From contig CM052817.1 in assembly GCA_028534125.1 (NCBI GenBank), positions 106,642,001-106,706,000 on the forward strand: a stretch of 64,000 nucleotides of DNA, read 5' to 3'. This DNA is from Lama glama (taxonomy: Eukaryota). Position numbers and translations under genes: made by a program. This document shows positions 1 to 11,008 of the stretch, piece after piece. Under the pieces are notes generated by a model. It made no database searches. It was not told the DNA's origin and saw nothing but the letters and a program-made list of their open reading frames with translations. How positions within the stretch are numbered: the first letter of the stretch is position 1; every line of letters begins with the position of its first letter.

Positions 1-791
1 GATTTCCTGGTCAGTAATGTGACTCTTCAATATGGTTGGCTAAGAAATTGAACTTATATTCTGTAGGTGCTAGGAGATCAAAGGTTTTCAAGATGGGACA
101 TACCGTGGGCTGTTTAATTTTGTCTTCTTTTTTTTTTTTACTGTATTATAATATTTAATTGTCTAGTTTTTTTTTAATTGTACTATAGTCAGTTTACAAT
201 GCCATCTTGATTTCTTGTGTACCACATATGATTTTGTCTTTCTTAGTTGGAATGATGGAACGTTAGATGACGTGGAGAAAAACAGGCAAAAGAAGAACTT
301 TGCAATGATCCAAATTTGATTCTGAATGATGACTGGGATGCAAGGATATAGAGAAGTCTTAGGTAAACAACTGAGGAGTGAACTCCAGTAAGAATTGTTG
401 AATAATTGGATATGGAAGATAAAAAAGAGTGAATAAATAATTGTCAGTAGCAAACATCTCAGCTTAGGATGTAGGGCACTGGGACTCTAGATAAAGTGCG
501 GAATGTAAGGAGACCAACCAGTTGAGAGAAAAATGTCTAATTAGGTCGAAGTTAGTCTAATGATGTCTAGTTATTTTGACCACAAGCTAAATACTCTATG
601 GCCTAGAGTTTTAATGAGAGTTGCAATGTATAAATGACCTGGAATGAGCATAAAGATGTTCACTGATTACGCCATTTATCCACATATCTGGGTAAAAAAT
701 AATTGCATGCCATTCTTTTCTGAATATTTAGGAAAATCTGATTTTCAACTTGAGTTTTACAAAAAGTCGCATAATTCTTTATTTTTGCTAT

Positions 792-1320
792 CGTTGTGGT
801 TCAGGGCGGGCAGCCCCAGATATGCCCCCAAATCATACTGATGATTCTGAATTAACATTACATAAGAAATGGCCAATAGAAGAGGGACACTCTGTCCTCC
901 TTTGGGCCTTCTCGAAAGCAGGAAGCAAATCTCCCCGAGAAAGGTGCATTCTCTGCATCTGGAGGGAGCAAGATACTCTCCACACCAGAGGTAGTGAATT
1001 TGGGTGGAGAAGCCTATAAAAAAAATATATTTCTTTTTAAATTTACTACCCCATGCCCAAACTCTGTTTAGATCCTTTACCACTTAGAAAACCTAACTTT
1101 CTTGGTCCTGCCAATTCCTCACCAATATCTTGTTTCTGCGTCTAAAAAGTATACAAGCTGCCTGCTTTGGCTACTTCTTAGGTCCCATTTCTACAAGACC
1201 CCCGTAAGCATGAATTAAAATTGTTCTTTTCCTCCCATGAATCTCTCTTGTGTCAACTGTATTCTTATTTCAGCCACAAGAACTCGAGAGGGTAACAGGG
1301 AACATTTCCCTCTCCCCACA
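792..1320 (+). mobile_element. Solo LTR, ERV1-type (MER34/MER39-like)
   Basis: Runs (C)GTTGTGG...CCCCACA and is flanked by a 4-bp direct repeat CTAT (788-791, 1321-1324). ATTAAA-type signal near 1215. Its 3' part matches the reverse complement of the element at 12244-12779. Confidence 0.7.
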
Positions 1321-4300
1321 CTATGTTCACAACAGCAACGTTAAAGAGAATGGCCATCTAAATATGAAAACGGCTGCAGACAAGAATTGTGAGTTATTAT
1401 TATAGATATAAACAGATTTACTGTTCAGTTGGTGAAAAAATATATAGATGCTAGATGTATAGACAGGTGTATACACGGACGGATGGTATAATGTGTGTTT
1501 ATACACACACACTACTTGCTATGTTCATTAGACTTTGCGTGGCGTCAACCCAGACACTTAACAATGACATAAAATTGATTCAAGGAAAAACTAAAGGGAG
1601 AGGAGAATTGTTTCAGTAATTTACTTACATTCTTACATTACTTTTCTCTAACGGTAACTTACTTTCCAGAATTAGTCAGTTACTTTGAGCATCCAGAGAT
1701 GTCTTACTTGGGTGGCCCAGTTCTGAGCTTATAAATATAGACCCTTCCTCCAAATGCCAAGGTGTCTTTGCTTCTTACTTGGCTCAAACTCATCAAGGAT
1801 TTATTTTTTAACAATTATAATTTTTAAAAATAACTTCACAATATCTGTCTTAACTTGTTTGGTTTCCTTCTATCTCGGTCATCAGTTTTTCTGTAAACTG
1901 CTCTTTTGTCTTGTGGCATTGTCGGTCTTGGTGACCTTTGGACTTAAACCTACCACAACTTGTATTCAGTGCTGTGTGCTACCCAAGGGCAGAGATCTGG
2001 CCTTTATTTATTCCGTATTTCCAAAAGCTATGTCAAAAAAATTGTGAATGAATGAATGGAGTGTCAACAAATGGAAGATAAACCAGCAGCCTTAGATTCT
2101 TGCCTCAGGATACCTCTTCCTTATTTTAAAAGCTGAATTTCTTTTGCTGAAATAAAATCTAGGTGCTGCCCTCTTGCCCTTAGCAACTCGATCATCTCTC
2201 TGGAGGACAAAATCCAAAAATGATTCCTTAATTCTAAAATTAATCTACAGATATCAGATTTAGGTTAAACTGTATCTGAAAAGTGTTACCAACTAAAAAT
2301 AAATTTAAAAATAAGAATTGCTTTAATTAAAAAAAAACAAAGGAAGAGAAATGAAAGATATGATGACTATATTTTTAAGAGTGGATAGACATGGGATAAA
2401 CAGAGATGAGCAGTCGCTTCCCTTTTCGGAAAGACATTTCATTCTTACTTTCCAAGCATTAAGACTGCAACACACTGAGATTGATTCTGCCTGAACAAAA
2501 CAAAATGGTATAGATAGTCCCCCTGCCAAAAAATGTTTAAATTTTTGTTTCACCTTCACATTTATTAATATTCCTATAAAATAGATTCTCAGGCTTTGGG
2601 TATATTGATGTTTAATTTACCTTAGAAACTTACATATAACTGTTCAAACAGCAAGAGAGAGAAGGGCCTTGGGGGATTTTAAAGTGTGGTCCCACAGGCT
2701 TAACCTTCCAATGGCGGAGAAGATGAAGCTTGCTTCCTGCAGCATTTCATGGTAGTTAACCATAAAATAAAATTGACAGTTTGCCAACAGTATAAAAATC
2801 CTATACAAATATTGATCATGGTGTTCGTCCCCCAGTCATGTCTCTTGATAGCAGTATTTCTGAGCTTTCCATGGTTTAAGCTCTGTTTGGGAATGTCAGC
2901 TTGGGCTGGGAGACACTTAGAGAACAGCCTGACACAGAAAGCCAACGCTTAATGAGGCTACAAGGCGTTCATTAGGGCACCGAATATTTAACCATCAATT
3001 CCTCACCAGAGGCCTTACCTGATATGGTTTTGAACAATTTCCTGGGATGGATAAGGCAATAAAAGGCTCTGGGTGATGTGTTCTTAATCCAGGTTTCCCA
3101 TGTGAGAGGAAAATGACCCCATTTATCATCTGGTCTGCTTGTCACCCCCTTAGTATGTCCTGTATCGGACATTCTTAGCCCCCTGCAAGCAGCCAGTGGT
3201 GAACTCTGCCATGATGAATGACTCGCCCTAGACCCCTCAAGCTCTCCCTTCTTGGATCAGAGTCACATGCACGGCTCCTGCTAAAAGGAGTTCAATTAAT
3301 TTATTAAGAGGGGGGAAAAAACTATCAGTCAGTTTGGGGGAAAAAAAAAATCAATTCACCAAGAATTTTAAGCATCTTTTAAGGGCTGATCTTGGTGCAA
3401 GGCCACACTGAGGGAGAAAAATTAAAGTTTTAGACACAACCCCTGCCCTGCAGGAGCTTATAATGGAGGAGAAACAGAAAATAAAAAACATGTGCTAAAC
3501 TGTGTGACTCATGCATAAGAGTTAAGTAAATGTGAGAAGAATAATAGTAAAAGCACTAGACAGCTAATCCCCAGGACAGCAGGATTCCCCGTGATTCCAG
3601 CTCCTTTCGGTTCCCCTAGATTCTGTGCTATACAGCATCTTAACATGTTCGTTTTAGAAAATGTCCAGATTTCACATCTACTTACTGCTCTTATTATTTC
3701 TTATATCCTAAAATCTGAGCACCTTGAAACCCAAAAGTTTTACATTTTGTTTCATTCTGCTTTGACAGATTATGCTTTTAGACTTTAGATTTTTTTTCCT
3801 TGAAAGCTTTAATTTCGATGTTTTGAATAAACAGTAGGTTTTTAATTAACAAACATGGAAGCACCTTTAGAGTAACGTCCAAGGAGACGAAGGGGCCAAA
3901 CATGTGTTCAGCTACCTGGAGATGATGCGTGTTAACAGAGAGCAGAGACTAATGAAAAATACCATCTGATCTAATGTAGGCTAGACTGGATTCAAATTGG
4001 TTGAAGACATATGACACTCATTCCAAATAGTGAAAAAAAATTCAGTCCACAAAGAGAAAATGCCTGTGGGGCCTTCCAACCTGGGTTTCTAGAGCTTAAA
4101 AGGAAGTGTGACTCAAACAAGATTGATAATACAGCTCCATCCATGCAATTCTCACAGAGACGTGTTTGTAAAGGCAGGCAGACACACTGCCTCTCTGGAC
4201 ACTTTTTCAGGATCACACAGACGCAACGAAAAAAGTATGAAAACTCAAGGCCACCACTTCAATTAGGATTTGACATCTAATTGAGAAACTCTGAAATGTC

Positions 4301-4362
4301 ATAAGATGTTCCAGGGACTGAGCCAAAGGGATGGGCACGTTACTAATTTAACTGGTGATCCT

Positions 4363-4400
4363 TTGTGTGTGTGTGTGTGTGTATGTGTGTGTCTGTGTGT
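4363..4400. repeat. (TG)n microsatellite, interrupted
   Basis: Directly visible. Confidence 0.95.
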
Positions 4401-4460
4401 ATCAACTTTTAATCATTCTGAAACTGCATTCATAATAATCCAACAATGAAATTTCATTCT

Positions 4461-4500
4461 TTTATTGAAGTATAGTTGATCTATAATGTTGTGTTAGTTT
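4461..4500 (-). mobile_element. L1 3'-terminal fragment
   Basis: TTTTATTGAAGTATAGTTGATCTATAATGTTGTGTTAG matches the L1 3' end seen at 31021, 35950 and 54430. Confidence 0.6.
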
Positions 4501-4524
4501 TTTTTAAATTCTTTTTTTAATATA

Positions 4525-4592
4525 TCTTTGAGGGGGTAATTAGGTTTATTTATTTTAATGGGGGTACTGGGGATTGAACCTAGGACCTTGTT
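4525..4592 (-). mobile_element. tRNA-derived SINE (camelid vic-1-like), 5'-truncated
   Basis: GGGGGTAATTAGGTTTATTTATTTTAATGGGGGTACTGGGGATTGAACCTAGGACC is similar to the full copies at 55310-55441 and 63170-63292. Confidence 0.75.
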
Positions 4593-4596
4593 TGAA

Positions 4597-4660
4597 GAGT
4601 ACATGCTTAGCACGCACAGTGTCCTGGATTCAATTCCCAGTACCCCCAATTAAAAACAAA
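4597..4660 (+). mobile_element. tRNA-derived SINE (camelid vic-1-like), partial, inverted relative to its neighbour
   Basis: AGAGTACATGCTTAGCACGCACAGTGTCCTGGATTCAATTCCCAGTACCCCC followed by an A-rich tail; B-box-like GGATTCAATTCC. Confidence 0.75.
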
Positions 4661-7109
4661 AGAAGGCTTTTGCTCAAAATATTGTCTTTTCAGAGAGCTA
4701 TCTCCTTCTAACCCTATACAAAATAGCCACCACCTTGTCCCATCAACCTCTATCTTTTGTCCTGCTTTTATCATCCTTCCTGGCATTTTTTCCATTTGAC
4801 GTATTTATGTGGTGGAATTTTAAGAAGTTTGAAATATAATACCCAATCCTTATCCACCCATGTTTAGATCAAGTTGAAAGCTAAAACACAGAGAAAAAGA
4901 AGATAAATTTCAAAATGTAAGCTTCAGTGCTGATAAAGCCAATACTGGGGACCTCTGCACCCCTAGCACCCCATGGGCCAGTTTGGTGGGATCTGTTGTG
5001 TCGCTGACCTGCCCCTGAAAGCTGCTGCACAGGGTTCTGCTCCCAAAAAGAAAGAGAAAATCTCCACTGCAGAGAGAGAGGCCAGGAGATTCCCACAGGC
5101 TTCAGTTCATCCACAGAAATACAGGAACAAGGAAAGGGAGGTTACCACCTCCCAAAGTATTTGTATTTGACTGCTTGTTTAAAATGTAAGCTCCATTTGG
5201 AAAGACTCCATCCGTTTTGTGAACAAATTAATCCCTGGTGTCTTAAATGGGGTCTGGCATTTGTCAGGTGTTTGATGAAGCTTAGTTGAATTAATACATT
5301 AACTGGAGAAATTTAAATTCATTTCAACCAAGGGGCAGTGAAGACCTCAGACGACACCAGGAAAATATAAATTTGAATTACTTCGGGAACATTCAGGAGG
5401 GGCTGTCAACATGGTGATGGGCTACCCAGACCCTTCCTCAGCCCCTCAGGGGGAGAGTCAGCCCACAGCCTGTGGCTGTTAGTTACATCAGGACAACTAG
5501 ACATCCGGATATCATGAACCACACTTTTCCCAACGTGGCTCACATCTAGTGACCGAGCAAAGTCTACAAACCTGGCCATTCTGAGCCAGTGCAGGTCTCC
5601 TCCCATGGGCTGTGATTCTGGGGAGCATCCTGTCAGGCGTGGCTCAGATTCTGTGGTCCAACATCTCTCCCTGTCCTAAGCTTCTTCCTGTCCCTTCCTT
5701 TCATAGATAAGAATGCTTAATAATAATTTCACACACCAAATTCTGCTCTCTGCATCTGCTGTTGGAGAATGCAACCTGTGACAGCGGCATTATTCTACGG
5801 AGAAATAGGCACTTAAACGTGGACCTTGAGGAGAGACGTCTCAGTGTGGAGATATCAATTTGGGCGTGATCACCATACATGGACACTGAAACCGTAAGAA
5901 TTGGTGGTTCCTCTAGAGGGGAAAGAACAGCAGGGAGTAAGACCAGGAATAAGAAATAGCAAGAGAGAATTTGAGGGAATATCAACATCTAAGTATTGAA
6001 GGAGAATCCATAATGTAACACCCCAATCCAGGATAATAAGATGGGAAAATATACACCGTATTTGGCATTCAAATGGCATTGGTACCCTTGACGAGGTGGG
6101 AAGATTTCAATCACTGTGTTGTGAATTGGGCGAACAAGCAAAGGGAACAGTTAAGGATAACCTCTACCCTCAAGAACTTTGGAGGGTGGAAGAGACAGTT
6201 GCTACGATGCGAAGAAACAGGTAACAAGAGGGGTGGAGAGAAGAGAAGAAAAATACTAACAAAAGGCAAACGTGTCAGGGAGCAGAGATAGCAGCTGAGA
6301 TTAAAAACAGACACAGGAAAGAAAGTGACAGTCCCTGCCAGAAGTGACATGCAAGAGAAGAGCAGAATGCCGGCTGTGAGAATTCAGGGAAAAAAACCCA
6401 CAAAAGACAAAGCACTTCTGCAGAGTAGGCATGGTCAGTACAACTTATAGGAGGAACCCCCTTAGGAAACATGCACTGTTTCATCTTGTGAAACATACCT
6501 AAGAGAGACTTTTTTTCTCAAATGGAGAAAATACCCAAGAAGCTATTCAAATAGGGCATCATCAAACCATGGAAACCTTAATAGGTCACTGTCCTACTGG
6601 TGCAGACATGAAGTCTGACAGGTGATATTTTGTGGCGAGCTCAAAGTGCGCTGGAAAAGACATCTGTGCATCACCTCTCGATGTCAGCATAAGCATTTGC
6701 CTCTTGATTTTTATCTTCCCCTTTGCTTCTTTTTATCTTCTGTCTCCAGAATTTGTTTTATTTTTAGATTTTGTTGTATTTCAAAAAAGAGTGGTACACA
6801 GTTGAAACTTTTAATGTCTGGAGAACATTTTAACTTACCATCTTAAGCTGCTCAAATCACGTCATTAAAATGTGTAACACTTTAAAATGACTAGTTTCTT
6901 TAGGTGTGGAAATGTGAGCCAAGTATAGTTAAAATGTGTATCACCAGATGTGTGATTAGTTTAAGTGTGGAAAGAAGAGGAGAGATATATTTTACATTCT
7001 TGAGGTGATTTGGTATTTTTTCAGTCCCCAGAGTTGTAGAAAAATACAAAACTATGTTTTTCTCTAAAAGTTAGATTTTGGTAACCAGGACCCTGCACTA
7101 TGGTTTCTT

Positions 7110-7286
7110 GATTATTCTTCTCTCATTTCTGCATTCCCTCCCTTCCCTGATTAGCAACGATTTGAATCTGCCCTTTGGAACTCAGGGAAAGTCAGGGAGG
7201 CTGAATGAAGCCTATTCCCTGCAAAAAAGAAATGGGGAACACAGCTTTGTGCCAGGGAGCACCCCCCAAGTTTCTGTTTGGTGTCA
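7110..7286 (-). mobile_element. Partial ERV1-type LTR related to the 19882 and 44638 LTRs
   Basis: TTTCTGCATTCCCTCCCTTCCCTGATTA...CTTTGGAACTCAGGGAAAGTCAGGGAGGCTGAA aligns by eye with 20350-20420 and 45095-45175. Confidence 0.6.
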
Positions 7287-7605
7287 ACTCCAACAAGACT
7301 GCATAGAGACAATGCTAAATGCAACGGAAAATCAGCTATATCTTTCCTGAGTTGTCAAAAATAGCTGAGATGGTTCTTTCATTTGGTGCAGAAAGATAGA
7401 CACCTGATTAAAATAGACATTCCTAACGAGCTTCAGATGAGCTGCCCGTTGAAGCACAAGATCCTATTATAACATATTATATACTATTCGGATACGATGT
7501 GAATTTTCTTGAGTGAAGGGCAATGAAAATGTAATGACAGCTGACATTGTGAAAATACCTAATTTCTTAAGTGTATATTAAATAACAAGATGCTGTCAAC
7601 GCATT

Positions 7606-7980
7606 TGTTAGGTAGTTTAGATAGAAATGAGCACTGAGCAGGGGGAGAGGAAGGGGAAAGGAACAATCTAGAACACAAGGAAACTGACCTGTCAATCAAC
7701 TGGAGCACAGAGAACCTGAGTTGTCAATCAGTCAATCAATCAATCAATCAATCATGAAACCAGGCTATAAAAACAGGGAAAACAAAGGAATGGCGCCATT
7801 TTCCCTCTCTTGGATTGGCCCACTCCCAATTCTCAGGAGTGTACTACCTTTCACTATATTTTTTTACTTCACTAATAAAAATCTTTCTTATGTCATGCTT
7901 TTGGTCTCTCATCAAAAATCTTTTTTTTGGGGGGGTCACTAAGAACTGAGGTAATTCTTATTTTCCTTTTCCCAGTAACA
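7606..7980 (+). repeat. 5' LTR (375 bp)
   Basis: TG...CA termini with inverted ends TGTTA/TAACA. (TCAA)n array about 7722-7753, TATA-like CTATAAAA about 7765, AATAAA about 7874. Homologous to 11009-11369. Confidence 0.95.
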
Positions 7981-7987
7981 TTAATTT

Positions 7988-8005
7988 TGGTGTCGTGACA
8001 CGGAT
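7988..8005 (+). promoter_or_regulatory. Primer-binding site complementary to tRNA-His
   Basis: TGGTGTCGTGACACGGAT matches the tRNA-His(GUG) 3'-end complement TGGTGCCGTGACTCGGAT at 16/18 positions and lies 7 nt after the 5' LTR. Confidence 0.85.
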
Positions 8006-8410
8006 GGTGTACTTAAACCCAATCTTTCCTCCCTCATTTCCCTCTCCCTCCCTGAGGGCAGCCAGCAGAGCACAAGCTCCTGGGGCTGGTTGTGGCAGCT
8101 GAGCTGAGAATACAAGGCGTGGTAGGGTGACCAGCCACTGGCTAAACTGAAGATCATTCCAATCAGACCACGGAGACACCCAGCACATGGTAAGACTGTG
8201 GCTGTTCCCCCCTTTGTGGAGTGGAGGCTGAGACATCAGCTTCCATCCCCGAATCAGGACCCTAGGGTGCTAGGCGCTGCTGATCCACGGCTACCCTCTA
8301 GGATGCGTTTGGTTGTGGACAGAGGCCCAGACGTCAGCCTAGTCCATGGGCTTTTCACCTTAGGACACTAAGCTCTGAAAATCCCCCTGTATCCTCCCCT
8401 TGTTTTTCAG

Positions 8411-8866
8411 ATGGGAAACCAAGAGTCTATCCCTGCTGGGACTCCTTTGGGCTGCATATTGGCCAACTGGGACCATTTTAATCTACAAGCCCTCAAAAGA
8501 AAAACACTTATATTCCTTTGTAATGTTGCTTGGCTACAATATCGACTTCCCTGCCAGGAAGCATGGCCTATAAATGGGAGCATAAACTCAACCATCTTGT
8601 TCCAGTTTGATCTCTTCTGTAAGAGACTTGGTAAATGGTCTAAAATACCATACACTCATATATTTTACTTACTGAGGGACACGAATGATCTCCTTGAAGG
8701 ATGTAAGTTAACCACTCAAGTAACAGTTACATCTAATAACCTACAGTCCCTGACACCCCCTAGAGAGGGGGACTGTCCTAAACCTACACATTGCCCTGCT
8801 CTCCCTGCCATAAACCCCTCATTTCCCTCTTACTCAGGAAAGACACTGCCTTCAGGTAACTCTTGA
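8411..8866 (+). CDS. gag: Gag matrix-region ORF (151 aa), truncated by an internal deletion; expression unknown
   Basis: MGNQES..TPLGCILANWDHFNLQALKRKTLIFLCNVAWLQY..EAWPINGSINSTILFQFDLFCKRLGKWSKIPY is typical class I ERV MA with an N-terminal myristoylation Gly, followed by a Pro-rich segment. Confidence 0.85.
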   Translation: MGNQESIPAGTPLGCILANWDHFNLQALKRKTLIFLCNVAWLQYRLPCQEAWPINGSINSTILFQFDLFCKRLGKWSKIPYTHIFYLLRDTNDLLEGCKLTTQVTVTSNNLQSLTPPREGDCPKPTHCPALPAINPSFPSYSGKTLPSGNS

Positions 8867-9170
8867 TGAAATGCTAAACATTGCTGCCACAGTTTTTTTG
8901 TAATCGAGGTCAGGGGCAAGAGGCCAAGGCTCAGGAGAAGGAAAAAAGGAAGGAGGCCAGGCCTGCCCAGATGATTGCAGACCTTCAAGGGCAGCCACTG
9001 TCCTTATGTACCCGGCCCCCAACAGCTCTAGGTAAGTCCAATGACAAGTGCAGCATCTGCTGCTGACCTGGTCGTTGGGCTAAGAAATGTCCCCATAAAG
9101 ACAAACTTCCAAGATCTGCCTACTTTTGGTGTAACAAGCAAGGTCATTGGGTGGCACTCTGTCCCTCGAG
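8860..9170 (+). pseudogene. gag: gag CA C-terminus and NC remnant with two degenerate CCHC knuckles
   Basis: ..LDEMLNIAATVF / CNRGQGQEAKAQEKEKRK.. (frameshifted), then CSICC*PGRWAKKC and YFWCNKQGHWVALC in one frame. Confidence 0.8.
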
Positions 9171-9229
9171 CCAAATGGCCCGTGGGGGAGAACTGGCCTG
9201 TGACCTGCAGATGGTTGCCCCTCCAGTCA

Positions 9230-9445
9230 GCCCCAAAGCAAGAGATCTTTATCACTGGGCTGGAGCTGCGGGGACAAATGGGTGTGGCGAGTAGGATAAT
9301 AACTTTTCTTTTGGATACCAGGGCCACCTACTCTGTTCTACCTTCCTTCTCTGGATGCTTCTCGTCTAGATTCTGTACTGTCATGGGAGTCACAGGTAAA
9401 TCAGCCTTAAGATTCTTTACTCACCCCCTTTGTTGTTTAGGGGAT
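9230..9445 (+). pseudogene. pro: Retroviral aspartic protease remnant
   Basis: ITFLLDTRATYSVL (DTGA mutated to DTRA) ... TVMGVTGK ... FFTHPLCC within ORF 9041-9601. Confidence 0.85.
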
Positions 9446-9447
9446 GA

Positions 9448-10397
9448 ACGCTCATTTATGAAGATGACCTACTTATCTGCTCCCTTACTTGAGAACAGGC
9501 CATCCAACAAGCTACGCAGACTCTTAACTTCTTGGCCAAGTGGAGATATACAGTTTCCAGGACCAAGGCCAAAATGGTCAAACAAGAGATCGCTTATCTA
9601 GGAGTTTCTCTGACTCCTGGAAATTGTAGCCTTTCTCCTGAAGGAATTCAGGGAATCTTACAACTCCCTAATCCCACTACTTGAAAACAGCTCAGGGCAT
9701 TTCTCGGACTAACAGGTTACTGTTGGCTTTGGATCCCTAAATGTGGGTCTATAGCCCAAACTCTATATGACAGTTTAAAGGGTAAGATGACTCAGTACTT
9801 CTCCAGTGGGGTCCTTCCCAATGGAATGCAATGGAAGAATTAAAAAATCTCCTAGTAAGATCCCCAGCCTTGGGACTTCCACACTCCACAAGGCCTTTCT
9901 AGTTCTATGTTCATGACAGAGAAGGAATAGCCTTGCAGATCCTCACCCAATGGCTGGGTCCTACCCAACAGCCTATGGGATACCTCTCCAAGCAGCTAGA
10001 TCCCACTGCTCAAGGCTGACCTTCCTGCCTAAGGCTGTTGGGAGCCCTCTCCACTCTCCTGGAGGAAGCTTTCAAGCTCACTCTGGGAGCCCCTATACAA
10101 GCATATGCTAACCACCAAGTTTGTGATCTTTTAAAAGGCAAGGGACATTTCTGGCTCCCAGATCCTTGAAAACCTAGGTGTCACTGTCTCCATTTGTGGG
10201 ACACTCAATCCTGCTACACTGTTACCATCACCAGATGAGTCTCTTCCTTTTCACCTGTGTCATGAGACCCCATCCATTTCTCTAAGATCTAGAACAGATC
10301 TCACCGACCAACCCCTGGAAAACTGATGAGATCTGGTTCACTGACAGGAGCCACATATTCTTGTGAACCTCTCAGCGATCTGTGACTGCTTTTCAAG
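9448..10397 (+). pseudogene. pol: pol remnant: RT C-terminal half, tether, RNase H start and IN C-terminal tip
   Basis: LIYEDDLLIC (YxDD), IAYLGV, KQLRAFLGLTGYC, PALGLP, GYLSKQLDPTAQG, TLNPATLLP, IWFTDRS, then YSCEPLSDL*LLFK. Many stops and frameshifts. Confidence 0.9.
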
Positions 10398-10669
10398 TGA
10401 CACCCTGGTGAGACTGTCCCATCGCCCCAGGGGACTATGGATCCCTGTCAGATAAGCCTTTTTCTTAAATGTCTGTTGGTTCTAATCTTTTCTCTGTTAG
10501 GTCTCCCACCAAACTGTTTTAATACTAATTTAAAATGTATCTGACATTAGGGTCCTTCTTTCACTGTTCCTTTAGTTCACTGAACTAACACTCCACATCT
10601 GTCCTCCTAAGCCTAAACCAATAGAAAACACAAAAATCAATTTTTTTTAAAGACAATTTTTCCATTTAA

Positions 10670-10870
10670 GTAGGTATGACCCTTGTTTGCCCCTTTCATT
10701 GCTTGGCTAGGATTAGCTCTATATATTTGACGTCTATCTTTTCAACCTTCTCATAAAATGTGTTTCTTCTCGTCTAGAGTCAAACTTCAAGTTGCCATAC
10801 AACAAGGTAGTCAATCACTCAGCAAAGACAGCTTTTATACTAGCCCCTCGATGGACACTGGCCCTTCACT
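10670..10870 (+). pseudogene. env: env TM/cytoplasmic tail remnant
   Basis: LFAPFIAWLGLAL.. and LFNLLIKCVSSRLE..KLQVAIQQG resemble the class I Env C-terminus (PCIFNLLVKFVSSR..KLQ). Confidence 0.7.
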
Positions 10871-10997
10871 CACCACCTGCCCAGTGACGGCCAGCTAGTC
10901 TGGGACCCCAACGAGCCCCACCAACACCCCAGATTAGCAGGAAGTAGCTAGAGCGGTCATCACCCTCTATGTCCCAAAGATTTGGGATCCTATGACT

Positions 10998-11008
10998 AGA
11001 GGGGGGAA
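10998..11008 (+). promoter_or_regulatory. Polypurine tract
   Basis: AGAGGGGGGAA immediately precedes the TG of the 3' LTR. Confidence 0.9.

Noticed and set aside
9041..9601. 186-aa ORF as an intact retroviral protease or Pol
   Set aside because: It chains out-of-frame NC sequence, a protease with DTG>DTR and out-of-frame RT across a deletion; unlikely to be functional.
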